Shown piece after piece: positions 9,916 to 19,822 of a stretch of 64,000 bases of DNA. A model generated the notes under the pieces. That model did no database searches. It was not told the origin of the DNA and saw only the letters and a program-made list of their open reading frames with translations. The translations under genes were made by a program, and so were the position numbers. This stretch comes from an uncultured Pseudomonadales bacterium (lineage in GTDB: Bacteria; Patescibacteriota; Microgenomatia; UBA1400; PJMF01). Each line of letters opens with the position of its first letter. Within the stretch, counting starts at the first letter, position 1. Where the stretch lies: NCBI GenBank assembly GCA_964449995.1, contig CAYVBW010000001.1:1618-65617 (forward strand), written 5' to 3'.

Positions 9916-11175
9916 ATGAATTTAAAATCATTATCAAAATTAAATATTAAAAACAAAACTGTTTTGGTGCGCACCGACTATAATGTCCCGCTTAAAAAAA
10001 GAGGTACCAAATATGAAGTGAGTGAAGCCAAAAGAATCATTGATTCACTGCCTGTGCTTAATTTCTTAATCAAAAATCAAGCCAAAATTATATTAATGTC
10101 ACATTTAGGAAGGCCCAAGGGAGAGCCAGATCCAAAGCTAAGTCTTGAACCTGTCGCGAAATATCTAAAAAACAAACATAGTTTTTCTGTAAAGTTTGTA
10201 GGTGAAACAATCGGCGAAAAGGCCACCCAAGCAGCCCAAGAACTTCAACCAGGAGAAATTCTGGTTTTAGAGAACCTGCGTTTCCAACCTGAAGAAAAGA
10301 AAAATGACAAAAATTTTGCTAAAAAACTAGCCTCTTTGGCTGACATTTACATCAACGAGGCTTTTTCTACCTGCCATCGTGCCCATGCTTCTATCGAGGC
10401 CATCACCCACTATCTACCCTCATATGCTGGACCACATCTTAAAAATGAGGTAGATAACTTGTCGCGAATCATGGAAGATCCTAAGCATCCATTTGTAATG
10501 GTAATTGGGGGAGCTAAAATCTCAACCAAAATTGAGGCTGTACAAAACCTGCACCCCATTGCTGAAATTGTGCTGGTAGGTGGCGGAGTGGCCAATAATT
10601 TTTTAAAAGCCGAAGGTATTGAAACCCATAAATCTATTTTAGAAGAAGATATTGAGGTTAAGGGTAAGACCATCACCTATTTAGATCTAGCTAGACAAAT
10701 TGTAGAAGAAAATAAAACAGAGAGAATTTTAAAAGATGATTACATCCCTTTGCCAAAAATCCTAACCCCAATTGATGTGGTGGCAGCCAGAAGTAAAGAT
10801 AGCACAAAAACACAAGTGATTGACCTCTCATCGGGCATGGCCGACACCCCCAATGATAAAGACCTCCAATATCTAGACATTGGACCACGCACCATCAAAC
10901 TGTTTACAGACTTACTGCTCAGGGCTAAAACTATTTACTGGAGCGGTCCTTTAGGAGTTTTTGAACAAAAACCTTTCCAGCAAGGAACTCGTGAGATAGC
11001 ACGGGCTATTGCTAAATCCAGCGCAGAAACTTTTATCGGCGGAGGAGATACTATCGCTGCGGTTAATCAATTTGGTTTTGCTGATAGATTTGATTATGTC
11101 TCCAGCGCCGGCGGAGCTGCTCTAGAATTCTTAGCAGGAAAAAAACTGCCAGGGCTGGAAGCTTTAAAAAGCTAA
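9916..11175 (+). CDS. pgk: phosphoglycerate kinase
   Basis: Full-length PGK similarity incl. LENLRFQPEE, FVMVIGGAKISTKI, hinge and C-terminal GGGDTIAAV nucleotide-binding motifs. Confidence 0.9.
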   Translation: MNLKSLSKLNIKNKTVLVRTDYNVPLKKRGTKYEVSEAKRIIDSLPVLNFLIKNQAKIILMSHLGRPKGEPDPKLSLEPVAKYLKNKHSFSVKFVGETIGEKATQAAQELQPGEILVLENLRFQPEEKKNDKNFAKKLASLADIYINEAFSTCHRAHASIEAITHYLPSYAGPHLKNEVDNLSRIMEDPKHPFVMVIGGAKISTKIEAVQNLHPIAEIVLVGGGVANNFLKAEGIETHKSILEEDIEVKGKTITYLDLARQIVEENKTERILKDDYIPLPKILTPIDVVAARSKDSTKTQVIDLSSGMADTPNDKDLQYLDIGPRTIKLFTDLLLRAKTIYWSGPLGVFEQKPFQQGTREIARAIAKSSAETFIGGGDTIAAVNQFGFADRFDYVSSAGGAALEFLAGKKLPGLEALKS

Positions 11176-11391
11176 ATTTATCAACAATCAACCTATATAT
11201 TAATGTATAGACTAATATATATTAATGAAGCTATCAGATATATAAAAGTTGCAATAGATTTCTGATAAGTGTAATATAAAAATATTGATTAGCCTGTCTA
11301 TGATTGATCGTTCCAGAACTACCAAACTGAGTAAATTTTTTATAAAAACCATAACCACCTGGTAATATGATAGCATGTATTTAAATTAAAA

Positions 11392-12627
11392 ATGTTTTAT
11401 AAAAATCTTATTAAATCTGCCTTAGTTATTTTTCTTTTTTGTTTCTCACTCTTGGGATTATTATTTACTATTAAAGGTGAAGAGTCTTTAGTGATTAGGG
11501 CCAATACCTGCCCACCTTCTTCCTGCGGTGCCGATGGATATTTATGTGCAGGAGATTGCGATTGTAACTGGGATGTGATGAGAGGAGTCAGATGGCACTA
11601 TAAATGTGAAAACGGAAACGTTGTTGCTTACAATGAATTTGACAGTAGTTGTGATAGCGCTTGCGGCGATCAATCAACTCCGGCACCAGGAGATTGTACT
11701 CCAAGAAAAACTTATTCAGGAGCAACTACCCCTGGATACGACTGTGCTGAAGGTTCAAATGCTAGTGTAACAGTGACTGCTTGTATCCCAGAAGGCTGCC
11801 CTACTAACGGAGCCTCTGTAACTTATGGTCTTGCCATTGCCCACTGCGCTGGAGAAGGTTGGGCCAACTGTGGCGGAGCTTGCGGAGAAGCAGAGCAACC
11901 AAGAACATTAAATATTCCTTCAGGTCAAAGATGTGCAAGTGCAACCCATAGCTGTAGCCCTCCCGATGCCTGTGGAACATGTCAGGTTGACATTGACGGC
12001 TATGGAGTCCGCAGGTGGCAAGATAGCGGATGTGCGGTTCCCCCTACTAGCACTCCTAAACCACCAGAGCCCACAGCAACACCTATACCAACAGAACCAA
12101 CAGACGTTCCACCCCCTGCGCCTCAATGCAATAGTATTAGTATGTATGTTGACAACCAACAATTAGCTCCTAATCAGCTAGGCTCAATTGAACCAGGAGA
12201 AGTAGTAAGATTTAAGTGTGGTGCCAATAATTTTATGCCAACTACAGATTACTATGAATTTAAAATTTTTGACGGTCAAGATCCCAATCCATGGAAAACA
12301 ATAACTGCTGAATCAAATGATCCTGAATTTTCGCAAGAATATCAACTCTCTGAAAATCTTTTTGGCAACTATCTTGCCCAATGCAGAGTTTGCAGAGAAG
12401 GTCAATGCCAAGAATGGGAAGTCTTGCCTAGTGATGTAAGCCCTCCAAAAACAATTAAAGCAACTCCAACCCCAACCTTACCACCAGGTGATATAAATCT
12501 CTGTGCACCCCCTGAATGTGGGGTTAGAGAATTTGAATGTATTGCTACTGAAACCCTAGAATGCCTAAGAGATAGTGAGGGAGAATGCTCGTGGCAATGT
12601 GTCCCAATTGGCTATGAAACAATGTAA
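11392..12627 (+). CDS. secreted cysteine-rich protein (signal peptide, ~35 Cys, Pro/Thr linker)
   Basis: N-terminal hydrophobic signal; dense Cys pattern; PT-rich segment TSTPKPPEPTATPIPTEPTDVPPPAP. Confidence 0.5.
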   Translation: MFYKNLIKSALVIFLFCFSLLGLLFTIKGEESLVIRANTCPPSSCGADGYLCAGDCDCNWDVMRGVRWHYKCENGNVVAYNEFDSSCDSACGDQSTPAPGDCTPRKTYSGATTPGYDCAEGSNASVTVTACIPEGCPTNGASVTYGLAIAHCAGEGWANCGGACGEAEQPRTLNIPSGQRCASATHSCSPPDACGTCQVDIDGYGVRRWQDSGCAVPPTSTPKPPEPTATPIPTEPTDVPPPAPQCNSISMYVDNQQLAPNQLGSIEPGEVVRFKCGANNFMPTTDYYEFKIFDGQDPNPWKTITAESNDPEFSQEYQLSENLFGNYLAQCRVCREGQCQEWEVLPSDVSPPKTIKATPTPTLPPGDINLCAPPECGVREFECIATETLECLRDSEGECSWQCVPIGYETM

Positions 12628-12629
12628 TT

Positions 12630-13757
12630 ATGAATATTGATCCAAACTCAAAAAACCAGCCGAAGAGTACACCGCCCAATACAGAGGCTAATAAGGGTCA
12701 GGCTCAGCCAACTGCTAATCCTGCTAATCCCGCTAATCAGCCAGCCCACTTAACTCAGTCGAATAAAGATTTTACTTTTGATGCTTTTGCTGGCGAACAA
12801 GCTTCTGAGAAATCTCAAGCTCCTCAAGCAACCAGTCAAACCACTACTGGTGGTCAAAACCAAGTTAGTTCTAAAAACGAAACTCAACCCGAGCCATCAA
12901 CTCAATCAACTCAACAGCCTGCTCCAATTCAAGAACCGCCTCTTAAACTGCCTCCCAATCAGAAAAGTCTTAAAGGAGCTGGTTCTGCTTTCAATTTAAA
13001 ACCCAAAGAAGCCAAGCCAGACACTTCTAGTGAGAGTTCGGATACACCCCCAATAAAAACTTTCAAAAAACGAACTAGCAAGAAAAAAAAGAATTTATTG
13101 ATTATTTTAGCGTTTATTATCCTATTAATTGCTGGAGGAGGTCTATTTTATTTCATTAGGATCATGCCTGAGGTAGAGGTGCCAACAGTACCAGTCTCAC
13201 TACCAGAAGCTGTTGATGATCTACCTTGTACCTTGATGTTTACCGTATTGGAGCCCACACCAGAACCAACTGTTACTCCAGACCCCACCGTGACTCCAGA
13301 CCCTACTGTAACGCCAGATCCCACTGTCACCCCAGACCCAACTATTACACCAACAACCACTGCTACCCCAAGCGCTACTCCTACTGTAACTACAACCGCA
13401 ACACCTAGCGCTACCGCTACTCCAACAACAGTTATTGAACCAACACAGCCACCCTATTCAACTCCTCTGCCAACACAACCAGGAGAACCTCAAGTATATG
13501 TGGTTGACACTAAGGCGGAATGTAACGAAGCCTGTGCCACCAATGCTGACTGCAAGAATATCAGTCACATCTGTTACAACGGAGTTTGTCGCCTAGATAT
13601 TAATCCTGAAGACGAACAGTGCCGTACTCCAGAAGGTGAAACTTTTGTGGAAAGAGTTGTAGAAACCCCAGTGGCTGGACCCGCTGACTGGCTCAACTAC
13701 CTAAGAATTGGTATTAGTGTAATTGGAGCAGGATTATTGCTACTCCTCTTCTTATAA
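12630..13757 (+). CDS. membrane-anchored Pro/Thr-repeat protein with Cys-rich ectodomain and C-terminal hydrophobic anchor
   Basis: Disordered Q/P-rich N-terminus, TM helix (LLIILAFIILLIAGGGLFYFI), 5x PTVTPD tandem repeat, Cys-rich block ECNEACATNADCKNISHICYNGVCRLD, C-terminal WLNYLRIGISVIGAGLLLLLFL. Confidence 0.5.
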   Translation: MNIDPNSKNQPKSTPPNTEANKGQAQPTANPANPANQPAHLTQSNKDFTFDAFAGEQASEKSQAPQATSQTTTGGQNQVSSKNETQPEPSTQSTQQPAPIQEPPLKLPPNQKSLKGAGSAFNLKPKEAKPDTSSESSDTPPIKTFKKRTSKKKKNLLIILAFIILLIAGGGLFYFIRIMPEVEVPTVPVSLPEAVDDLPCTLMFTVLEPTPEPTVTPDPTVTPDPTVTPDPTVTPDPTITPTTTATPSATPTVTTTATPSATATPTTVIEPTQPPYSTPLPTQPGEPQVYVVDTKAECNEACATNADCKNISHICYNGVCRLDINPEDEQCRTPEGETFVERVVETPVAGPADWLNYLRIGISVIGAGLLLLLFL

Positions 13758-13864
13758 GCAAAAACATCTTCTTTGAATTTTTTTGGATTGAGCTTAATAA
13801 ATTTTCCACTTAAGCATATTCTAAAACCACTTGGTTGAATGATATAATAATCACTCACAATACC

Positions 13865-13938
13865 GCGCGCGTAGCTCAATTGGTTAGAGCACCAAGCTTA
13901 TACCTTGGCGGTTCTTGGTTCGAGTCCAAGCGCGCGCA
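13865..13938 (+). tRNA. tRNA with anticodon UAU (Ile-type, AUA decoding)
   Basis: GCGCGCGTAGCTCAATTGGTTAGAGCACCAAGCTTATACCTTGGCGGTTCTTGGTTCGAGTCCAAGCGCGCGCA; 7-bp acceptor stem, GTTCGAGTC T-loop, anticodon loop CTTATAC. Confidence 0.75.
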
Positions 13939-13980
13939 CTATCTATATAATAAAAGAATACTATTGTTATTAAAAAACGT

Positions 13981-15054
13981 ATGATCAATCAGATTTTTAA
14001 CTTCATTAAAACCCGCTACAAAATTATCATCGCAGCTGTTGTCATAATAATTTTTGCTGTTTTCTTCATTTCTCGCAGCCAGCCCTCTCAACCAGATCAA
14101 AACTTTGAACATCCCCAATACCGAGATATAACCAAAACCCTAGAGGTATCTGGCAGAGTTGATGCCAAACACCGTGCTAGATTAAGATTTTTAGCTGGAG
14201 GTGAAGTTGTGTATTTAGGCTTTCAAGAAGGAGACTGGATTAATAAGTGGCAAACCATAGCCACCATAGACCAGCGCGATCTACAGAAACGTCTTGAAAG
14301 AAGCTTAAATCTTTATATGCAGCAACGCTGGGACTGGGAGGATCTTCAAGATGAAATTAAAGATGAGGCTCTGAACACTTCAGAACTTCGCTATGTTGAT
14401 AAACAACAATGGACCCTGGATAACACAGTCATTGATGTTGAAATTCAAGACATAGCTATTTCTCAAAGTGTAATGTCAGCTCCTTTTTCAGGAATTTTGG
14501 TGCATCAACCAATCAACACCCCCCATGTTCAAGTGACTGGTAATGATTATTTCGAGATTGTGAACCCTCAGTCTTTAGTTTTTAAAGCAGAGATTAATGA
14601 GGGTGATATTGCTCTAATTACTCTTAATCAGCCAGCTAGAATAATCTTGGATGCCTTTCTTGATGAAGAAATCTCTACTAAGGTTAATTATATTTCCTAT
14701 GTTAGTACTCAATCAGTGGGAGATAACGTCTTTATAGTTGAATTTCCCCTAGCAGAAGAAGGTTTGATGGACAATTCCCTATCTAATCAAAATTTGGGTC
14801 AAAACTTACTCAATAAATATAGATTAGGGATGAGTGGAGATGCGCTTATTGAGCTGGAAACAAAAACCAATGTTTTAACTATTCCTCTAATCGCTACCAA
14901 ATATAGAGACGGCAAGGTTTATGTAGATATCAAAACTAATGATGATCAAATTGAGGAAAGAAGAATAGAAGTAGGACTAGAAACTGACGAGTATGCTGAG
15001 GTAATTTCTGGCTTGAGCGAAACAGATTTGGTATTAATCCCAAGTGCTTTCTAA
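13981..15054 (+). CDS. efflux periplasmic adaptor subunit (HlyD/MacA family) with N-terminal TM anchor
   Basis: N-terminal TM, coiled-coil middle region, immediately upstream of and co-oriented with MacB-type ATPase and permease genes. Confidence 0.55.
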   Translation: MINQIFNFIKTRYKIIIAAVVIIIFAVFFISRSQPSQPDQNFEHPQYRDITKTLEVSGRVDAKHRARLRFLAGGEVVYLGFQEGDWINKWQTIATIDQRDLQKRLERSLNLYMQQRWDWEDLQDEIKDEALNTSELRYVDKQQWTLDNTVIDVEIQDIAISQSVMSAPFSGILVHQPINTPHVQVTGNDYFEIVNPQSLVFKAEINEGDIALITLNQPARIILDAFLDEEISTKVNYISYVSTQSVGDNVFIVEFPLAEEGLMDNSLSNQNLGQNLLNKYRLGMSGDALIELETKTNVLTIPLIATKYRDGKVYVDIKTNDDQIEERRIEVGLETDEYAEVISGLSETDLVLIPSAF

Positions 15055-15063
15055 ATTCTTTGC

Positions 15064-15795
15064 ATGAAAAAAAAGGCTGATAAGTCTCAAACACAACCAA
15101 TCTTAGAGCTGATAAATGTCTGTAAAGACTATCAACTAGGAACCCAAACCATAAAAGCTTTGGACAATATTAACTTCAGCATCCAAGAAGGACAGTTTAC
15201 ATCAATTATTGGTCCATCTGGCTCAGGAAAGTCTACTTTTCTTCAGGTAGCAAGTATTTTGGCAGAACCCTCCAAGGGGGAAATTAAACTCAAAGGTAAA
15301 GACGTGACTCAATACAATGAGGTAGAGCGAGCTCGTCTGCGCAATAAAGAAATTGGGTTTGTTTTTCAACAGTTCAATTTGTTAGCTCGCACCAGTGCAC
15401 TTGATAACGTAGCTCTTCCACTAGTATATGCTGGCGTTGATTTAATTCAAAGACATCAAGAGGCTGAAAAAATTTTAACAAAATTTGGTCTAGGTGATCG
15501 TTTAAAAAATAAACCCAACGAACTTTCTGGAGGCCAACAGCAAAGAGTAGCCATTGCTAGAGCCTTAATTAATAATCCCAGTATTCTGTTTGTAGATGAG
15601 CCAACCGGAAACCTAGACTCCAAAAGCGGCCAAGAGGTAGAAAACATCTTAAAACAACTTCATCAAGAAGGAAGGACGATTATTTTAGTTACTCATGAAC
15701 CCAAGTTAGCTAAAATAGCTCAAAAAATCATTAGTTTAGAGGACGGGAAAATAATCGGAAAGCACACTCCTCCATACAAAGATCTAAAAAACTAA
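15064..15795 (+). CDS. ABC transporter ATP-binding protein (MacB/LolD type)
   Basis: Walker A GPSGSGKST, Q-loop, signature LSGGQQQRVAIARAL, Walker B ILFVDEPTGNLD, H-loop VTHE. Confidence 0.9.
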   Translation: MKKKADKSQTQPILELINVCKDYQLGTQTIKALDNINFSIQEGQFTSIIGPSGSGKSTFLQVASILAEPSKGEIKLKGKDVTQYNEVERARLRNKEIGFVFQQFNLLARTSALDNVALPLVYAGVDLIQRHQEAEKILTKFGLGDRLKNKPNELSGGQQQRVAIARALINNPSILFVDEPTGNLDSKSGQEVENILKQLHQEGRTIILVTHEPKLAKIAQKIISLEDGKIIGKHTPPYKDLKN

Positions 15796-15797
15796 AC

Positions 15798-17015
15798 ATG
15801 AACTTATTAGATACCACCAAAATTGCCATCAAGGCTATTTTCACCAATAAGGTAAGAAGCTGCCTAACTATGTTGGGAGTAATTATTGGCGTGAGTTCTG
15901 TGGTGATGTTAATCTCATTGGGAAAAGGCCTTGAGGCATTTGTCGTGCAAAGTTTTGAGGATTTAGGAGCTAACAATATTTTTATTTCTCCTGGCAATCT
16001 TTTTGATGAAGAGGGTGGCTTTGGCTCAATGCAAGATATGGCGGTAGGAGCCATAACTATTAGCTTTACAAAAACAGATGTCCGTCAACTACAAAGACTA
16101 CGCCAATATGTTGAAAAAGTGGCTTATTGGAATGCGCAAGGTGATACTTTAAGGTTTTTGTCTAACTCCGAACAAGGGATGGTTATTGGTACCAATGCTA
16201 ATTACAACCAGGTATTAATAACTAATTTAGAAAAAGGCAGGTGGTTTACTCATTCAGAAAATGAAAGTGGAGAAAGGGTGGTGGTTTTGGGATATAAAAT
16301 TGCTCAAGACCTTTTTGGAGAAGTTGATCCCATCAGAAAAAAAATTCGTATCGGCACAGTAACCTTTAATGTAGTGGGTGTGGCAGAAGAAAAAGGCGGA
16401 GCCGGTTTTGGAGGCCCGTCGTTGGACGACTACACCTACATTCCCTTTGAAACCTATTCCAGAATTTACGACACCAGCCGTGTTATTGAAATGGGCATCA
16501 GGGCTAATCCTGAAGTTGAAATCGACAATGCAATCCAAGCTATTGAGGAAAATATGTTACAAAGATACAAAGATGATGAGTTTAGTGTTTACGATCAAGG
16601 TGAAATATTAAGCGTAATTCAGGATATTTTGGGCATGATTACCATAGCTTTAGGTGGAATTGCTGCCATTTCGCTACTCGTGGGAGGAATAGGAATTATG
16701 AATATTATGCTGGTATCTGTAACTGAAAGGACCAAAGAAATTGGTTTGCGCAAAGCGCTAGGAGCTACACCCAATCAAATTCTTATCCAATTTCTCATTG
16801 AAGCTGCTTTTTTATCAATTTTAGGTGGGCTAATTGGTTTGGGTATAGCTTTTGGCGGATCACTAGCAATACAAAATGTCTTTCCAGCAAAAATTACCAC
16901 GGAAGCGGTTTTGTTAGCCTTTGGAGTATCTACCGCTGTTGGTCTAATTTTTGGAGCTGCTCCTGCCAGAAAAGCATCTAGACTCTCCCCAATCGAGGCA
17001 CTGAGATATGAATAG
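15798..17015 (+). CDS. ABC transporter permease (FtsX/MacB family)
   Basis: N-terminal TM, large periplasmic domain, C-terminal 3-TM FtsX-like domain with TERTKEIGLRKALGA motif. Confidence 0.85.
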   Translation: MNLLDTTKIAIKAIFTNKVRSCLTMLGVIIGVSSVVMLISLGKGLEAFVVQSFEDLGANNIFISPGNLFDEEGGFGSMQDMAVGAITISFTKTDVRQLQRLRQYVEKVAYWNAQGDTLRFLSNSEQGMVIGTNANYNQVLITNLEKGRWFTHSENESGERVVVLGYKIAQDLFGEVDPIRKKIRIGTVTFNVVGVAEEKGGAGFGGPSLDDYTYIPFETYSRIYDTSRVIEMGIRANPEVEIDNAIQAIEENMLQRYKDDEFSVYDQGEILSVIQDILGMITIALGGIAAISLLVGGIGIMNIMLVSVTERTKEIGLRKALGATPNQILIQFLIEAAFLSILGGLIGLGIAFGGSLAIQNVFPAKITTEAVLLAFGVSTAVGLIFGAAPARKASRLSPIEALRYE

Positions 17016-17047
17016 TGTGAATAGTTAGAGTTTGCTATACTAAGTTT

Positions 17048-17380
17048 ATGAAATTAATTGGGAAAATTTTAATCACTGCTGGAATCATTCTTGCAATTTT
17101 ATACGCAATTTATTTTGCCGGTACTCAAGGTTGGTTAAAAAACACCCCGCTTAAAAATCTTGACTATGAACAATTAAACTTTTTTAGTCAAGAAAGTGCT
17201 GAGCAAACCAAAGTTTTAACCGAAAGAGCCAAGGAAACTGGAGAACATGTTCAGCATATACTAGGCGACAAAGTAGAAGTTGATGAAGAAAGAAAAGAGA
17301 AAGCACTTCATGAAAAAACTATTGAATATGCTCGATATTTATACTGTAAACAAGTAGTAACAGATTGGGAAAAAGAATAG
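17048..17380 (+). CDS. hypothetical small membrane protein
   Basis: N-terminal TM helix; no motif. Confidence 0.4.
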   Translation: MKLIGKILITAGIILAILYAIYFAGTQGWLKNTPLKNLDYEQLNFFSQESAEQTKVLTERAKETGEHVQHILGDKVEVDEERKEKALHEKTIEYARYLYCKQVVTDWEKE

Positions 17381-17410
17381 TTTAATTGAAATTTGGCCAA
17401 AATTGTCTCG

Positions 17411-17971
17411 CTACTCTTTGCAACAATCTAAAGCTTTTTGAACTAACTCACTCATCTTTTCAAAAATACTAACAGAACCTTTAACTTTTGGCTTTTTGTC
17501 TTCGCTGACAAACTCAATATCTTTTTTATCTTTAGTTTCTGCTTTTACGTCCTTTACCTTGACCGCTCCCAAATTCAAACCCCAAAACAAACTATACAAC
17601 TGATAAGATTTTTTAAATAAATCCTCAGCATCCTTATTGTCTCCCTTGGTTAAAGATTTAGTACCCACTTCCATTAGACGCATAGAGGCGGCTAATAAAT
17701 GTTTGCTAATACACCAAACCTCACCCTCATAATCTTTAATGATACGCTTGAGCAAATCTTTGCGCATCTCCCTAACCTCACTTAATAAGTCTAAATACTT
17801 TTTGTCCTGAGTTTTGCCGTAAGTAAAGAAAAAATGCTCTTCCATTGAAATTAAGTTCATAATTCCAATTGAAAGATCTTCCCCTGAAGACAAATCCAGC
17901 TGATGACCTTTCTCCATTTTTTTAACTTTATCTAAAAATTGTTGAATATCATCTTGTTTAACTTTTGGCAT
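17411..17971 (-). CDS. hypothetical protein
   Basis: 186-aa ORF, charged, no motif. Confidence 0.4.
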   Translation of the reverse strand: MPKVKQDDIQQFLDKVKKMEKGHQLDLSSGEDLSIGIMNLISMEEHFFFTYGKTQDKKYLDLLSEVREMRKDLLKRIIKDYEGEVWCISKHLLAASMRLMEVGTKSLTKGDNKDAEDLFKKSYQLYSLFWGLNLGAVKVKDVKAETKDKKDIEFVSEDKKPKVKGSVSIFEKMSELVQKALDCCKE

Positions 17972-18017
17972 ATTGTTTAAAGCTTAATTTATAAATTAAC
18001 AAATAAATGATAGATAA

Positions 18018-18533
18018 TTAGGTAATTAAATGAAAAATAAAACTCACTATAGATAAAAACAGCATTGGTAAAATTACTTTTTGATAATAAAGATAAACTT
18101 GATTGCCATTGACTAACCGCAGACGCTTATCAACTACGACACTAGCAGCAAAAACTCCAGTGCCAATGACTATTCCTAAGATGATCTTGTCAATTCCCCA
18201 TAAGGTATTGAGAGGATTACCAGCTATACCCAATAAATACAGGGTGGGAATTAGTAAAAAATAAAACAAAGATCCAGCCAACCACTCTTTTTTGGGTAAA
18301 TCCCATTCTTTTTGGCTTACCCAGCCTGCCAGCCACAAACCGCTTGATAAAGCCAAAGCACCAATCCACAAACCGGCGATACTATCATCAATGCCTAGCC
18401 AGCGTGAAATACCCAAACCAGCTCCAACTGCGACAGTACAGACAGGACAAACAGCCTGAACCTGTGCTGGAATCGCTACTAAATAACCCAAAATCAGTAC
18501 AATGATGAATTTAATCTTCAATAAAGTTTTCAT
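18018..18533 (-). CDS. polytopic membrane protein with CxxC motif (possible thiol-disulfide oxidoreductase membrane partner)
   Basis: Signal/TM, CPVC motif at start of first helix, 4-5 TM helices; adjacent to glutaredoxin-fold gene. Confidence 0.4.
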   Translation of the reverse strand: MKTLLKIKFIIVLILGYLVAIPAQVQAVCPVCTVAVGAGLGISRWLGIDDSIAGLWIGALALSSGLWLAGWVSQKEWDLPKKEWLAGSLFYFLLIPTLYLLGIAGNPLNTLWGIDKIILGIVIGTGVFAASVVVDKRLRLVNGNQVYLYYQKVILPMLFLSIVSFIFHLIT

Positions 18534-19059
18534 CTTGAATTTTTAACTCATTATCAGTTTCCATCTCATTAGAACTCTCTGTGTCAAGCTCTTCTCTTGC
18601 TCCATTTTCCTGACTTTGTTCCACTGACAGCTGCAGCTGTAAATACTCAATAATGTCTATTTTACCAATAAAACACTCCCCATGAGCATACATGAATGGT
18701 ACTCCCACTCTCCTGGAATCGATACCGCAATCTATTGCAGCCTGAGTTAACTGATCAGCATACTGCTGATTTTGAGAAACTTCTTTAATTTGTAAGTCAA
18801 GCATCTCATCCGCCTTATTTTCCTCAACCCATTCTTCTACATCTTTGCAAAAAGAACAGGCCAAAGAAGAAAAAATAACAATAGTCTCTTCTCCAACATC
18901 AAAATTAGACTCTGTTGTTGAGTTTGATAGCACGGATTTATCACCGGTATTATTGTTGGCCTCATTTTCCTGAAAGGCGCCGCCGGTTATTACAATTGCC
19001 CCCATTAAAATAATAATAGTTAAGAGTGAAATGAGCGTAAGAATTTTTTTGTTTTGCAT
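18511..19059 (-). CDS. membrane-anchored glutaredoxin/thioredoxin-fold protein (CxxC)
   Basis: N-terminal TM; IVIFSSLACSFCKD...VPFMYAHGECFIGK fits glutaredoxin-like CxxC...VP...G fold. Confidence 0.5.
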   Translation of the reverse strand: MQNKKILTLISLLTIIILMGAIVITGGAFQENEANNNTGDKSVLSNSTTESNFDVGEETIVIFSSLACSFCKDVEEWVEENKADEMLDLQIKEVSQNQQYADQLTQAAIDCGIDSRRVGVPFMYAHGECFIGKIDIIEYLQLQLSVEQSQENGAREELDTESSNEMETDNELKIQDENFIED

Positions 19060-19108
19060 ATTTTTAGTAAAATCATATTATGAACAAGCGTTCATATATT
19101 TTCAAGAG

Positions 19109-19822
19109 TTAATTAATAAATTCTAACGGCAATTCATGCTCAATCTCAGAATAAAAATACAGAAACGGTGTTCTAAAATTGATTACTTTTTTATCTCCAT
19201 CCATGGGAACAATTAATTGCAAACTGCCCTCATAATCTTCCCAAGAGATTAAAGCGACTTCCAGTGAACTGAAGTTTTGAATTATGCCTGTGTCAAAACT
19301 TTGAACAAACTGAACCTCTGTTTCTTCTGGAAGCAATTCTCTGGCAATCTTAACATCAACATCTGTGTACACCGTCATTGCCCGCAGCGATGAATAGGGA
19401 ACCTCTTGATAAACTAAGCCAACCAAAGTATAACCTTCTTGCAATTGTCTTTCCAGAATTCCCCCAGGCAACTCATCTTGAGCAGCCCTTCGTCCAATCA
19501 AAACTGCATCAACTTCTTGAACCCACAAAGCTTGTAGTGCAAAAGCAGAATTTGGATAAAGAGAAAAAGAAAACCTCTCATTTTCAAATTGAGATAAATA
19601 TCTTTGCATCGTAGGACAATAGCCAATCCTTATTAACGAAATTTCGCCTGCAATTTCTGGATTTGCTTGAGTATGTCCAGATAGTTTTTGTTGATTTTTT
19701 GCACTCATTTGACTCAAAATAAAACCCAAGCCTATAAAAAATAACAAAAAAATATAAATAGATTGTTTTTTCATCTTTTTAAAGACAGCTGTTGTCATGA
19801 AATTCTGAAAAACCTGCGACAA
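19109..19822 (-). CDS. secreted/membrane-anchored hypothetical protein (possible substrate-binding-like fold)
   Basis: Likely real start at MKKQSIYIFLLFF (signal); no firm motif; annotated 5' end overlaps ArsR gene. Confidence 0.35.
   Translation of the reverse strand: MSQVFQNFMTTAVFKKMKKQSIYIFLLFFIGLGFILSQMSAKNQQKLSGHTQANPEIAGEISLIRIGYCPTMQRYLSQFENERFSFSLYPNSAFALQALWVQEVDAVLIGRRAAQDELPGGILERQLQEGYTLVGLVYQEVPYSSLRAMTVYTDVDVKIARELLPEETEVQFVQSFDTGIIQNFSSLEVALISWEDYEGSLQLIVPMDGDKKVINFRTPFLYFYSEIEHELPLEFIN

Noticed and set aside
10410-10888. Minus-strand ORFs 10410-10676 and 10691-10888 inside pgk
   Set aside because: They are fully embedded antisense to a confidently identified, full-length phosphoglycerate kinase, and they have no motifs.
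11920-13408. Small ORFs overlapping the Cys-rich and PT-rich genes (11920-12162, 11933-12166, 12778-12999, 13148-13360, 13226-13408)
   Set aside because: These are alternative-frame or antisense products of low-complexity coding sequence. The 13148-13360 ORF is just the reverse read of the PTVTPD repeats (VGSGVT repeats).
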